A stretch of 62,975 nucleotides of DNA, counting the filler, from Folioceros fuciformis (Eukaryota), in NCBI GenBank assembly GCA_049999805.1. It is 8 parts of 8 records of this genome, joined end to end, with 100 filler letters (N's around TTAATTAATTAA, not from the genome) between each part and the next. Parts side by side here need not be neighbours in the genome. Positions count along the whole stretch, not along the records: positions 33,405 to 36,917 come from JBNGIO010001246.1; positions 37,018 to 41,614 come from JBNGIO010001247.1; positions 41,715 to 50,917 come from JBNGIO010001248.1; positions 51,018 to 56,497 come from JBNGIO010001249.1; 4 more parts are not named here. One strand, given 5' to 3'. Each line of letters opens with the position of its first letter. The first letter of the stretch is position 1. A model generated the notes under the pieces. It searched no databases. It saw nothing but the letters and a program-made list of their open reading frames with translations, and was not told the DNA's origin. The position numbers and the translations under genes were made by a program. This document shows positions 36,401 to 56,597 of the stretch, piece after piece.

Positions 36401-36764
36401 GTGATCTGCCGGCCCTTAGTTGCACACTTCAATAACGTCGTCTTAACGCATAGCGTGCTTTGTCTTCCAGAACTTAGGCAAGAGGCGATTCAAACCGTTT
36501 CTAGACCTTTTCATCGAACCCCTCTTCCAAGCCCTCTCGTGTGGACAAGTACGTGTGGTGACCCTGTAGAGGTTTTGGAGGCAATGTCGTGGCTTCTGAC
36601 AGATATGACAACCTCGGGTGCTGTTGCAGAAGGTGGCGGAGGCTGCTTCAGGTTACTGTGTTTCGAAACTCCTTGTCTTCGTCGGCCCTAACATCTTTAA
36701 GGCAAAGCTCTCAGACAGCCAAGCGTCGATTCTGGCAACGAGTCCCCATTTCAAACTATCTTAA
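33482..36764 (+). CDS. Uncharacterised HEAT/ARM-repeat protein, 5' end missing
   Basis: About 14 GT-AG exons join in one frame: WENRHGGLMGAK, VRLAAGECLGAL, VREAGF, GLSDRWSQVRY, MCLNRYYGAEGVRLYSQETW, VRDAAC, SVRENSAFALG, WEASEGAIYLLREL; stop at 36762-36764. Confidence 0.85.
35635..35716 (+). other. Probable U12-type GT-AG intron
   Basis: Donor GTATCTTT; branch-like TTCATTAAC 10 nt before the intron end; no polypyrimidine tract; removal gives LADNVISVRE. Confidence 0.65.
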
Positions 36765-37017
36765 ACCCGTGGGTGATGTTTCACCCGAGTTCCCGGATCG
36801 CCGAATCGGCTTCCCACGTTTTTCCGTGCGACCTTTTGAACCATGCTTGACACATTGCCAATTGAACTAAACCTCTGAAGGGTCACCACACAGGGCCTCT
36901 CCTGCTGTGCTTGCACTNNNNNNNNNNNNNNNNNNNNNNNNNNNNNNNNNNNNNNNNNNNNTTAATTAATTAANNNNNNNNNNNNNNNNNNNNNNNNNNN
37001 NNNNNNNNNNNNNNNNN

Positions 37018-39804
37018 TCGTCGTGCAGACTACATCACTTATACTGGGATTGATAAAGACCTTGTAGCTGCCAATTCTCCAACAACAACCAAACGAAGCA
37101 CACGTTTTAGCGAGCTATCACAGGAGGGCAAGTAACCCGAATTAAGGCGTACTTCATGGAAACAAATGTGACTACTTACCCATGAAGAGAGTCATCAGCA
37201 TGGTCTCTGCCAGGGTAGAAGTTCATAGATAAGCCTAGTTTGCTGGCTGTCGCTTGGACATCGCATGAATCCTCACCAGTTCCATATACATCCAGGTTCA
37301 CATGACCAAGGGACTGCTTGTTCTGTGCCATCAAATCTACAAGCTCCCTGTACCCTTTTCCCCATATCATTTTTCCCAGGAAGTAAGCGCCCTTCGAAAA
37401 GGGCTCCTTGCCCCCATCCTTCTCTTCTGCAATTTTCTTCCCTATATCAAGGAACTTCGGACTCACACCATGCACATTGCAGACGGATGATTTTGGAAGC
37501 ATCTGCGTAGCAGCTGACAGGCGCAGTACCTGCAGCACATGTCCATGCCAACAAATCACACGAGAAACCATACATGGACAGGCATTCCACGGTTGAAGCA
37601 GCAATGATGTTCAACGATACTAGGAGTTGATACAGCAAGTTGAAGGCCCACCAACCTTGTTGCAATATATACGAACCACCCAATTGTTCACATGTTCTAA
37701 AAAAAACGCTTGCAGAGGTCCATTTTTCTCCCGCTTCACATACTCAAGATAATTTGTGTGTACCACGCCAACCACATGTTGGAACTTGTCAGTCCAGCGC
37801 TTCCCATGATAATACCAAGTAAGATGCTCAGGCTCCTCCAAAACTGCTACTTGAGCTTCATCATCTGGCACAAACTGAGAAATATCTCCAGCTGCGAGAA
37901 TGCTACGCTTTTCAGTCGAAAACTGTGAAACACCAGTTTCAAGGTGAGACGTAGTCTTTGCGAAAAACGGCAAACAGAGCATGGACACACATAAAAGCCT
38001 ACAACTTCTCAAGCTAAACACCATGTGACACTTACTGTCCCTGGATAGAAAGCTATCTTGAAATCTGGTTTGAAACCAACCCTTGCTTCCACCCAATTGT
38101 GTACATATTCCGACTGCTCTTCAGGGGAATCAAACGTCAAATTGTTGGGGTAAACCAGCTCCTGGTCAGACTTGGACAACCAAGGGACCAAAAGAGTGAC
38201 CACCTTCTTGCCGCTCTTTGCTAAATATGCAGCCCGAAATAGTGGATTGACTGCAGTTCCTGTCATCCACGGAAGACTTGCAGTGGTGATAATAGCGATA
38301 TTTTGTCTCTCACCTTCTGCAGGAGGATTGGCCAGAGACTCCCCCCAGAGTCCACCCTTATGCCGATAACCAGTGCTTTGGACAACACTAGCTATCCTTA
38401 AATCCAGGTCATCAGCATCTTTGTTGGCATCCGATGGCAGAATCTCCTTGGTAGCCGACGCAGTCAAATGCTGATGGTCCTTCTTCTTGTAACTTCGCAA
38501 AATTTCACAAAATTTCTCCGAAAAATCTGCACACACACGATGTTTTAATTGTAGCAAGCTCACGTCTGCTAGGTGGCGACGTACTGAAATGCATCTCACT
38601 TCCAAGGAGGGCCACAAAGCTTGCCTTTCTTGACTCCAAGTTGGTCCAACAAGGGCTCAGATTGCCTAACCAGGCTCTCCAGAAGCTCTGGGACGTCAAG
38701 CGGTGCCACATCGTTGCCAGCCTCGTCCTGTCGGACAAGCAAATCAGTCCTAGAGGTACGGAAAAATGTGGTCAAGAAGCATAAAAGAAGAGCATGAGGG
38801 TGAGGTGAGCCAGTAGAGGACGAGAGCTAACCTCTCCAGGCTCACAAATGCCAAGCGAAAATCTCTGCAGAGAGAACGCACACACATCCGTTAAGTTTAG
38901 TGCGATATCCTAGGATGAAAGTTGAGGGTCAACGCATTACCCATAGATCTGAAACGAGGTACATCACAACTAAGTGCCGGACTCTGAAAACGCCATCCAC
39001 CTTCGTAAAAGAGACATGCTAACTGCTTTGTGCAGGTGACTGGTGCAGGGGTTCCAAAGTTCAAATCAGAACCGCAGGCTACTTAGTGCTTACCAGGTTC
39101 TTCTTCACACTCTCAAAAAACTCGGAAGGCGACTTGGCAGCTGAATCCTTAAGCGACTCCTTCATGCGACGCAGCGGCTCCCAGTCATCCGGGACAGGGT
39201 TCACTTTCCTGGTCCCCTTCTTGCCTTTCCCACTCTGCCAGTCTCGGTGAATCACTCTCCTCCTGGTTAGGCTGGGAGGTGGGGCACCCCACTCGCTGCC
39301 AGCCTCTTTCCTTTCCTTCCTCTTAGGCTGAAAGAAGTTAAGTTTGTCCTCCCACGGCACCAAAGAATCGCCTGGGGCCGACCCAGCCGGCCCTTCATCA
39401 CGGCGCTTGTTAAAGTTGGGGTCAGAGTACGACCTCCTAATGTTGGACAGCGTGGGCTTGAGCTTCTTGAATAGCTCCATATCCTCCACCTGCGACGAAA
39501 TAGCCGTCAAGGGCGACATGGACGTGAACGAGAGCCCAGTGCGCGCACTACTGTCACTCGTCCTGTTGAACAGGCTGTCGGACGCCTTGCTCTGCCCCAG
39601 CGGAAACGCTGGAATCTTGAAACTCTCCCACTCCTTGTCCAGGGTGGTAGCAAGATCCCTGAACGACTTCGCTCTGGCCCGCATGCGTTGCAAGTCCCGA
39701 TCCGCATGCTTCTGCACATCAGAAATTTTCTGGGAAATAAACGACATGGCCTTCTCCGCTGCCGCAGCACCTGGATCCTGCGAGTCCCCTTTCCACGGCC
39801 CCAT
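37018..39804 (-). CDS. DGD1: Digalactosyldiacylglycerol synthase 1, 3' end cut by a linker
   Basis: DGD1-type N-terminal extension AEKAMSFIS...[87 protein letters not shown]. Confidence 0.96.
38527..38624 (-). other. GC-AG intron in DGD1
   Basis: AAAG|GCAAGC...tgtgcag joins LDQLGVKK to DFSEKF in frame. Confidence 0.8.
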
Positions 39805-40746
39805 TGCTGCTGCTCCCCCTCCTTGTTTCCTCACACGACCTGCCCCCACCTCCAATGCAACCAAGCTACGTATACCTCTCGTACCCTCCGGCAACACTCA
39901 AAATCCTCGCTTCAGACTCCCGGCGCCAGATGCTCAACCTAGCACACACTCTTCCCAACCCGCACGCGTCCTCCCCAAGCGAACCGCCCCGCAGCTAGCC
40001 CTGCCCGCCTCCCGCGATACACATCCTCAAAGTGCGCCTCCTCGCTGCCGCACGCTGCTGCCGCACATCCATGCCTTCCTGCTTCCTGTAAACAAGATTC
40101 GTGAATCGCGAATCGTGAATACTCGTATACAGTGAGCGAATCGCGAATGACGAATCGCAAGTCGCTCCACCTACCAGGCTCCCCTCGGGCGCAAGAGGAA
40201 CGCGACTTCCTTGACGCGTCGAAGGATATGGTGTAAAGTCGAGCCCTTCATGTCCATGCTGCGGCTTTCACCCTCAAGTTCCTGGCAGTCGCCAGACGCA
40301 AGCGAGGCCACTTGTTGAAAGCTCACATCGCCCGCGCAACACCGGCCACTTGTTTTATATTGCGGCACTCGGATTTGCCAACCTTGGCCACCGGCTTGGG
40401 CTCGGGCCCGAGCCGCCCATGACAACCTCTCAAATTCTACAGTAGGCCACCTCTGACATCCATAGCACGCCCAGTCAACATGTCACAGCGGGCGGCATCA
40501 CATCCCTATACCACAGGAAATCCTGCCAAAAGAATATTCTACTTTCACCGGGGCCCGGGCATATATGTATGTATCTGCACATGGGACCAGGGCCGAGCCG
40601 GCCGCCGGGCCTGTGGTAATGGGATCGCAACACAGCCCAGCCCGGCCCGACCCGACCCATCTCTGCTCAACTGGGCCCGGCCCGGTCGGGCCCACGAACG
40701 CATTTTCTGGATGTCTCTTCGATTGGGGAGTTTTGCAAACAGGAGC

Positions 40747-40759
40747 TTCCAGAACGCTC
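40747..40759 (+). promoter_or_regulatory. Possible imperfect heat-shock element upstream of HOP
   Basis: TTCcaGAAcgCTC about 210 bp upstream of the ATG; only two perfect nGAAn units. Confidence 0.3.
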
Positions 40760-40964
40760 TACACAGTGCGCTGGTCCAGCCCTTTCCATTACCGCACTCG
40801 AGCAAGCGGGGTTGTCAAGCGATCACGATTCCTAGAGCCGGGCTGAAGTTTGAGGTTGCGCTCCCGAGTCGCATGCTCCTACATTGCAGTGCGGAGCGCG
40901 CGGGGCTTGAGGAAATCGCGGGTCTGCGCGGCAAGAATTGGGGGTCGGAGGGGTCGGGGAGTTG

Positions 40965-41614
40965 ATGGCGGACGCGGCCAAGGCGAGAGGAAATGCCGCG
41001 TTCTCGTCGGGGAAGTTCGAGGAGGCGGTGACGCACTTCACGGATGCCCTGAAGCTGGCACCGGATAACCATGTCTTGTACAGCAACCGTTCGGCGTCGT
41101 ACGCGTCGCTGCAGCGCTATGATGAGGCGCTGCAGGACGCCAAGAAGACGGTGGAGTTGAAGCCGGATTGGGTGAGGGGGTACAGCCGCCTGGGAGCTGC
41201 GTACGTGGGGTTGGGCAGGGTGGAGGACGCCATTTCGTCGTATAACAAAGGACTGGAAATCGAGCCCGGGAATGAGGCTTTGCAGTCAGCTCTCAATGAC
41301 GTTGCCAGCTCGCGGTCGCGTGGGGGAACGGGATCTGGCGCTCCGGGGGCCGGCGCAGGGCCGGGAGGGGCGTTTGGGAATATGTTCAACAGCCCTGACG
41401 TGTGGGGGAAGCTGCAGACGGACCCTCGCACGCGCTCATTCTTGACGCAGCCGGATTTTGTGAACATGTTCAAGGATGTGCAGCGGAACCCTAGTAATTT
41501 GAACAAGTATCTCGGGGACCCGCGGATGATGCAGGTGTTGGGAGTGTTGTTAGGGGTGAACATCTCTGCTTCGTCCCAGGACGGGGAGAGGGCTTTCGAT
41601 GATGAGGCTGACAG
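40965..41614 (+). CDS. HOP: Hsp70-Hsp90 organising protein HOP/STI1, 5' part (TPR1 and DP1)
   Basis: MADAAKARGNAAFSSG...NHVLYSNRSASYASL...KTVELKPDWVRGYSRLGAA...DPRMMQVLGVLL. Confidence 0.95.
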
Positions 41615-43433
41615 NNNNNNNNNNNNNNNNNNNNNNNNNNNNNNNNNNNNNNNNNNNNTTAATTAATTAANNNNNNNNNNNNNNNNNNNNNNNNNNNNNN
41701 NNNNNNNNNNNNNNTTACATACGTACAAACCTACATACCAGTGCATTGTGATCGCGTCTGAGACGTGATAACATCTCCGCCAACAATGCAGAGTCTGACG
41801 CAGGACTAGTGTTCGCATCTTGGGGACTTTGCAGCCCCGCGAAGATTGGAAATTAGAACACCGCAGAGCTCGTGCGACGTGCAATGAGTTCGCGCAATTG
41901 ACACGCCCCACCAGATTTGTGCACATACTGTAACCTGTCTAGCTCTTCGCGAACGACGTGCTCGAATTCGTCCGATCCATGTGCTCGCGAGCGAGCTAAA
42001 CTCACATTTCAGTTGGAGCACACGGACTTGTTCCGACATTGATCCATGGTAAGCCTCGAGCATCCTCTACGGGCTCCTCGCTGTCTCGTTGCGCATTGAC
42101 AATTCTCTTCGTTTCTTTTATCATTAAGTTTCTGGCATGTCAACGAGGGCGGGGGAGGCAGAGGCGGATGCAAATACATTAGTTTACGCTTTCTGAGGAG
42201 CATTCGTCCTACTCGAATGAATAAACTTGTCTCTACTCCGTTTTTCTCCCCTTCACTTGGAAAGGGTTATTGGCATGCTTCTAAAATCAGGGCAAAAATG
42301 GGTACCAAGTCATAGACAAGCTTGCATGCCTCCACACAAATGTGTACATCAAAAGGCTTTTGCAGCATAATAAAATGATAATTTTATTTAATTGTAAGTT
42401 TATTTAAGTAATTGTTTTTAGTAGAGTTGATGACAATCTTTTTATTCCCACTAAAATTAATAAGGACTATTTTATTGAGTCCATTTGTAGCATACCACAT
42501 TTTGAGCAAGCGAAGATCAAAACAGCTACTACTAAGTACACAACACATTCAGCTCCATTATTCGCAATTGCTTCAAGAGCCCTACCCACACTTGTTCTTG
42601 TTGCATGTACATTGTAATGCTTATCAAAATATCAAGAATTCATAGACATACAGTAAATAATTTTATAAATATATTATTTTATAATAAGATTAAAATAACC
42701 TGTATTACAATAACATAAACTTTGTGACTTATGCCATCTTTTATGCCTTTATTTTGTGATCCATTCCGTAGGACACTTTCACATGTTCTTCCTTTCTATG
42801 TCAATCAAAATCAAATTCCCCATTTTCCTTCCTACTCTTTTTCCCGTATGCACTATTGCTAGCAGCTAGCTAGCTATCTCATTAAATATCAAATTTCTCA
42901 ACAACAAATTATTTAATATACACCTAAGAGTAAGATATCCTAGTTTATATTCCATTCATTAATTTCTACTCTTCTGCATGAATCACTTGACTTAATCATA
43001 AAATAAATACTATTAATCTTCTAGCCTAATAGGTGGAGATATTCTATTCTGATTCCATTCATTACTCCGCTACAACTAAGTCAATGAACACTAAGGGCTG
43101 AAGGGCTGCTGTTATGGAGTGACAGTTAAGCTCTAAAGAGTTGCTGTGGGAAGTCCAATTCCCCCAAGCACAAATATTACGGCATGTAGATGGTTCGATC
43201 GACAAGTGACCCTTTAAAACCGTTCATTATAGACAAATCTTCGTGCATAACAGACAACCACCGTGGAACATGCGTCGAGGGCCATGAATGCTAGCTGAAA
43301 AATTTCTGCCTGACATTACCATACGCCTTCCTGACCTACAACTAAAAGAAAAAAAAGGACAAAGGCTTGGACAGCTGATCACATCTATTGTACACGAGCA
43401 CATCAGCATAGAAGAGTGATGGGCCGCCTACTC

Positions 43434-50604
<7,171 letters not shown>

Positions 50605-52429
50605 CTCGGCCGGCCAAACATTCTACTAGAGCAGCCACAAGAGCGCGTCGACGGCAAATGCCCGGACAACTTTTCCCGTACCACAAATTGCAGCCCGGTC
50701 CCGACCTCCCGCCGCTCCCGGAAGCAGCAGCAGCTCGGCCATGTCCAGATACCGGATCAACCCGCCTGGCCGTATGCCGCCTCTAAATCTAGCTTATCCC
50801 CGCCCGGTTGTCGCTTACCGCAGGGACGCAACACACGCAGGCGTCGCGCCCTGCCTGCACAAATTCCTCCAGCGGCAGTAGACTGGGAGGCAGGCAGGCA
50901 GGCAGTCCGGCAAGCGANNNNNNNNNNNNNNNNNNNNNNNNNNNNNNNNNNNNNNNNNNNNTTAATTAATTAANNNNNNNNNNNNNNNNNNNNNNNNNNN
51001 NNNNNNNNNNNNNNNNNCGGCCGCAACCCCTGCCTCTAGCTCTAGCTAGGACATGGCCTCCATGGCCGTTCATGCCAGCCAAGCAATCAGCCAGCCTATC
51101 GTCAGACCCTGACCCTTGACACTGACATACCCAGATACCCATTCATGTGTTCAAACCATTATATTATTATTTTTATCATTTAATATTATTATATTATTAT
51201 TTAATAATTTAATATTATATATCTTTAATTAATATTAAACTATTCACCAGACCTAGACTCAAACTTTCCCAACCCTATGGCCTGGTACCGAACCTAACCC
51301 TTCCCAGGTCTGGGACCAAACCTATACCGACTCTTATAATCAAACCAACTATTTCCTGGTCAATTAACCTAATTAGCACAAAGAAAAATAGGAAAAATGA
51401 CCAAAAAATAAAGGAAAATTAGGAAAAATAAGTTGAAAAAGAAAACCAAACCATACCACTATTAACCCTATTTCAACCAAAACAAACTACTACCCCAAAC
51501 TTTGGAGGTTCACAGGCACTATGTTGCTTGTTGGCGACAAATACAACCTTCAAGTCCTTACTGGCCAAGACACTTATGGAGCATGCAAGATGATTCCTGC
51601 GTAACAACTTGTCTGAGCTTCCGCTTGCATCATGGCACTCGTTGAGAGGGCCGCTGAACCTACTTGCCAATGCCGACGCTGCTCTCCGGGTGTACTCATC
51701 ATTGTCAAGATCCACCTCCATAGGCACAGTGCCCTCTGCAACCATGTCCTCTTCCCATCTGAGCTCCCACTTGTCTGGCAATTTTATTGAGACCGAGGCC
51801 GTGAGCAAGCCCAAAAAACCCAGGTGAGCTTTGAAGACCACCCTAGACGCCAGTGTAACCCTGCCTTTGCCAAACTTCACGTCTTTGATGTAGGCCAACG
51901 TCTGTGATTTCCCCAACCAGTGTGACACACTATTGTTCCGAACTTGGCACTCCTCACCCAGCTCAATCAATGTGATCGCGAATAGGATGGAAGAGCAATC
52001 TTCCAAACTGTGACAAACCATACTGTGCCTAGCCCCTTGAAGATACTAGTTCCCCGTTTGTTCGTCTAAACCCAAACCCACCTGCAGCATATCCCGAGTT
52101 CTCACCTTAACATTATCCCAGAAGGCAGGAAGCTGATGCCCCATCTTGTCCCCAAGCTAGAGGGAGCGTGTAGGTAGGGGTCTAAGATCGCCCACCTTCG
52201 GCAGCCAATAATAGAAATCTTTCCCCATCTTCTTCCTCATGAGCACCGCAGATTTTGATGTGCGTGTTGGTTGCAACTTCAATACCTGAGAAGAGTTTCT
52301 GAATCCGATTTGCCCACTGCTGCATTCCGGGGTTGGACCTCAATGATTTCCTGAGCACTCGTTTAAAGCCCAGCAGTGGACCTGGATGGGCCTTCTCAGC
52401 ATTGTCACCCCCACTGCCAGCACAAGCTC

Positions 52430-53222
52430 GAAGAGGACAATCTTGCTTAAGGTGGCTTTTCAGCCCACAGACACCTCACCTGACAAGCAGATCAGGGTAG
52501 TCGAAGAGCTGGGTATAGCATCTAGATGGGTCTTCTGGATTGCGAATGATGACTCCTTCAGACAGGGCAAGGAGGCTATCAACCCTAACGCCAAAATGAG
52601 GGGGCTTGCAGCTGTCAAAGAGGTGCGAATCCACCTTGGGAACCTCCATCACTTGGCCTATAGTCCCCAAGATCTTACGTATCATCGGGATGAGCTGCAC
52701 GGGCAGAGCAGGAAGCCCCACCCAAAGACACTGCCGTTTGATTTTCGACTACATAATTGTGTTCCCCGGAGACCATGCCTCCACCAGCACCGGGATGGAG
52801 CCTCGAAATGGCAGGGTTGTGTAAAAAATGGCCTACCCGCCCACTGCCTCGTCACATTTGATCTAAAAAGAACCATCAGCCTTTAAGAAAACATATGCTG
52901 GAGGGCACCTGGTTACTTGAGTCGCCCAAATCTCCAGCTCCTCCACTGTAGGGGGACCTTCGGACAGCAGCCGCCCCATAACAGAGCTAGCCACGAGTTT
53001 GTCTTCCTCCTGTTGAAAGTATCGCACTTCTGTAAGAACATCCGCCAGAGGGCCCAGTTGAAGACCTGGACCCTCTTTTGCCAAAACCGAGGCATATTCT
53101 TGAGAATCGTTCACCTGTGCCTGCTCACGAGCATAATCCACCCTAGGCGTCCGTACCTGAGCTTCAGTCTCTACCTCAGCTTTTGTCCGGCTAGCATCAG
53201 ATGGATTAGGAACCTTCCCCAC
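52430..53222 (-). mobile_element. LINE-like ORF1 remnant (DUF4283-like region plus degenerate zinc knuckle)
   Basis: GRLLSEGPPTVEELEIWA, VLVEAWSP, LPALP...GTIGQV, Y.DL...*GVCGLKSHLKQDCP, with stops and frameshifts. May extend to about 51470. Confidence 0.6.
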
Positions 53223-53390
53223 CGCGTTAAGCCCCCTCGCATTCTATTTACTTGCGCACAAACCGACCACGGCCGCCCATGTGCCAACTGTGGAGCCCCC
53301 CCGTGGGGAGCTCAGCGCCTCCAATGAGGCCCCAAGCTAGGCCCTTGGCATCACTGCCTTCATCGCCCGTACCCCCTCCCCCACATCCCA

Positions 53391-54480
53391 CACTCCGTAT
53401 TATCCTTGCCATATCCACACATTACAATTATGAGTTACAGATGTATGATGTCAAAATAGCCTTCTTGTATGGCAAATTAGACACTTAAGTATACATGCAG
53501 CAGCCACCAAGATATGAAGTGACGGGTAAGGAAACCATGCTTGCAGACTGATCAAGTGCATATATGGTTTGCAGCAATCAGCTATGAAATGGAATGCTAC
53601 CTTAGACATAGAACTGCTAAAGCTTGGCTTTACCAAGAGTCAGGCTTACAGTAGTTTATACATACATCTAAAAGGAGAAGTTATATACTATCTGGCAGTG
53701 TACGTGGATGATCTAATCTTATCCAGTAACAACCAGGCTTTCATTACAAGCATTAGAGATGTGTTAGCCACAACGTTCAAGATGTCATGCTTAGGACCTT
53801 TACAAAGTTGCCTCGGTGTACACATTCAAAGAAACAGGGAAACACGTGTTATGACTTTGACTCAACCACGTTACCTCCTTGATTATGCTGAGCAACTTGG
53901 CCTTAAGGACGCAAAGCCTGCATCAACACCCATGTCATCTGGTCAGAAGCTAAGTAAAATGATGTCACCTTCTACTCATAATGAGAGAGCAGATGAAAGG
54001 CATACCTTACAGACATGGTGTTGGCAAGCTAATATATGGAAGCAACACACACAAGGCTTGAAATAGCATATACTACAAGTGTACTTTCGCAATTTGTGGA
54101 AACCCAGGGCTGGAACACTGGACAAGTCTTAAACGTGTCTTCAGATACCTGAAAGGCACAGCCAAAATGGGCATTACATATAAATACCAAAATAGAAAAG
54201 CATTGGACCTTGAAGTCTTCACAGACTCTGACTACGCTGGTGATGTTGATAGTGGAAAATCAGTGTCAGGCTATGTGATCTCGATTGCTGCAGGGCCAGT
54301 ATGCTGGTCAAGCAAAAAGCAACCAACTGTTGCATTGTGTTCAACAGAAGCGGAGTATCGCGTTCTGACTGCAGCAGCCAAGGAAATAGTGTGGTGTAAG
54401 TTACTTTGCAAAGAGTTGGGAATATCAATTCCAACTTGCACGACTATCCACACCGACAATCAAGGTTCGATGGCCACACA
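53391..54480 (+). mobile_element. Ty1/copia RT-RNaseH remnant
   Basis: YDVKIAFLYG, IYGLQQS, YVDDL, FTDSDYAGD, WSSKKQPTVALCSTEAEY and DNQGS, with a stop and frameshifts. Confidence 0.93.
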
Positions 54481-55149
54481 CACATCAAGAAACAAAACCA
54501 CATGTAAGCAACCCTTTCAAGAATTTATCAGCAACAGGACATGGTGTGGTGAAACCCTAAACCCTAAACCCATGATTGCAATCTGGGCATTAGAGCAAGT
54601 AATGGGAGATACCATCTTGCGTCATTGTGACTTGGAAGGTGGAACGTAACTAAGGACATAAGTTGTTGGCTATGGCGCTTGAAGATTAAAGACAACCCAG
54701 TTGAATTCACAGTCCACGGGCACTAACACAATAATAAGAATATTAGACTTTAGGAAATAAGGCCTCATTTGCACCAATTGTAGCTAGGTCTTTCAATAGC
54801 CTACTTTAAATAATCTATAAGAAATATCCTTATTATTTAAGTATGCATGACATGTTTTATAGTATTAAATATATTTTTATCTTGATTACTTAAATGCTAA
54901 AGCTTGATTACTATTAATAATTCTTCATGGACTTATAATTTTTTTAGTTTGTAACACAAAGTGCATATGTAGTTTAGGGTTCATTTTGATATCATTCATT
55001 TAATAAGAATGATATACAAATATAGATATATTAAAATCAATAAAATTTGACTATACACTTAAAGCTATGAAATTATATTGTGGAGAGCGTACTTGGAGTT
55101 GGACTTGATATTGTAAAAAATCTTTCCCATTTTTTATAGCATTATATCA

Positions 55150-55630
55150 TGTATGTCACATATGAATCTAAAGATGTTATATTATTTCTATCCAATATAA
55201 GTTTTAAGATGGAAAAGGATGAATGTTAAACTATTTTTACCATAAATGAGTTCAAAGATGGAAGTGCATAAATGTTATATCAATTTTATCACATATGAGT
55301 ATGAAAGTTAACAAATGCTAATTTATCTCTATCACATATGAGTCCAAAGATGGAAGTGGATAAATGTTATACCAATTTTATCACATATGAATAGGAAAGT
55401 TAACAAATGCTAATTTATCTTTATCACATATGAGTCCAAAGATGGAAGTGGATAAATGTTATATGAATTTTATCATACATGAATCTGAAATTTAACAAAT
55501 ATTAATTTATCTCTATTATATATGATTCTAGTTACTAATTTATCTCTATCATATATGATTCTAGTCATGGAAGCGAATAAAAGTTAAATCATTTTTATCA
55601 TATATGGTTTAAAGATGGAAGTGGATAAAG
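55150..55630. repeat. AT-rich tandem array with a unit of about 92 bp made of two related subunits
   Basis: atcacatatgagtccaaagatggaagtggataaatgttata at 55331 and 55423, with degenerate copies on both sides. Confidence 0.85.
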
Positions 55631-55749
55631 TACAAAGATTAGTTATTTTATTTTAAATATACATAATACTAATACTTCTATACATTCAAACAAGTTTATC
55701 GAGTCCAGTATATGTTTTAGAATTAATGCTTGATCAAGATGCTTATAAT

Positions 55750-56110
55750 TATTGGAGTTATCAAGATTCTCTAACTATAATTGGAACTAATTACGATCCT
55801 CTGTAGTTGGAGATCGTGATCAATTCCAAAAAGTGTATGCCAAATTATCATGCCCTGCCTTTAAAATTTCTCGACATATATTAGACTTACTTATTGTGAC
55901 GAATTCAAAAAGAACGAAAAGTTTGATGCGTATGATTGTTTGGAGTTAATCAAGATCCTCCAACTATAATTGAAGTTAATCAAGATCCTCTAGACTTGGA
56001 GGATCCTGATCAACTACAACAATTATACGTCAATTTATTATGCTTGTCTTAAAAAATGTATTGGAGTCACTTACTATGGTGAATTCAAAGAGAACAACAA
56101 ATTTTATGGT
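55750..56110. repeat. Degenerate duplication of about 190 bp
   Basis: ggagtta(a)tcaagat.ctc.aactataattg at about 55753 and 55942, each followed by gaattcaaa.agaac. Confidence 0.7.
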
Positions 56111-56139
56111 AATCTTGGTCGCTTTGAGAACTTTCGTGG

Positions 56140-56497
56140 ATATCCAAATATATATTTTAGAATTAGTACTTGGTTGTTTTGAGAGTTTGCAGGCATGTTC
56201 GAATATATATTTTAAAATCAGCACTTGATTGCTTTGAGAGTTTGTGTGCACGTACAAATATATATTTTATAATCAGTGCTTGCTCGTTTGGAGAGCTTGT
56301 GTAGATGTTTGAATATATATTTTAAAATTAGCACTTAGTAGGTTGGAGAGCTTGTATTTATATCTGAATGTTGGAAAGCTTGTGTGCATGTTTAAAAATA
56401 TATGTGTTTATGTTTGAATGTTGGAGAGCTTGTGTGTATATTGGAAAATCTATTTTAAAATTAGCACTTAGTAGGTTGGAGACCTTGTGTTTATGTC
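56140..56497. repeat. Degenerate AT-rich tandem repeat of about 57-60 bp
   Basis: Recurrent aatatatattttaaaat.agcactt...ggagagcttgtgt. Confidence 0.75.
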
Positions 56498-56597
56498 NNN
56501 NNNNNNNNNNNNNNNNNNNNNNNNNNNNNNNNNNNNNNNNNTTAATTAATTAANNNNNNNNNNNNNNNNNNNNNNNNNNNNNNNNNNNNNNNNNNNN

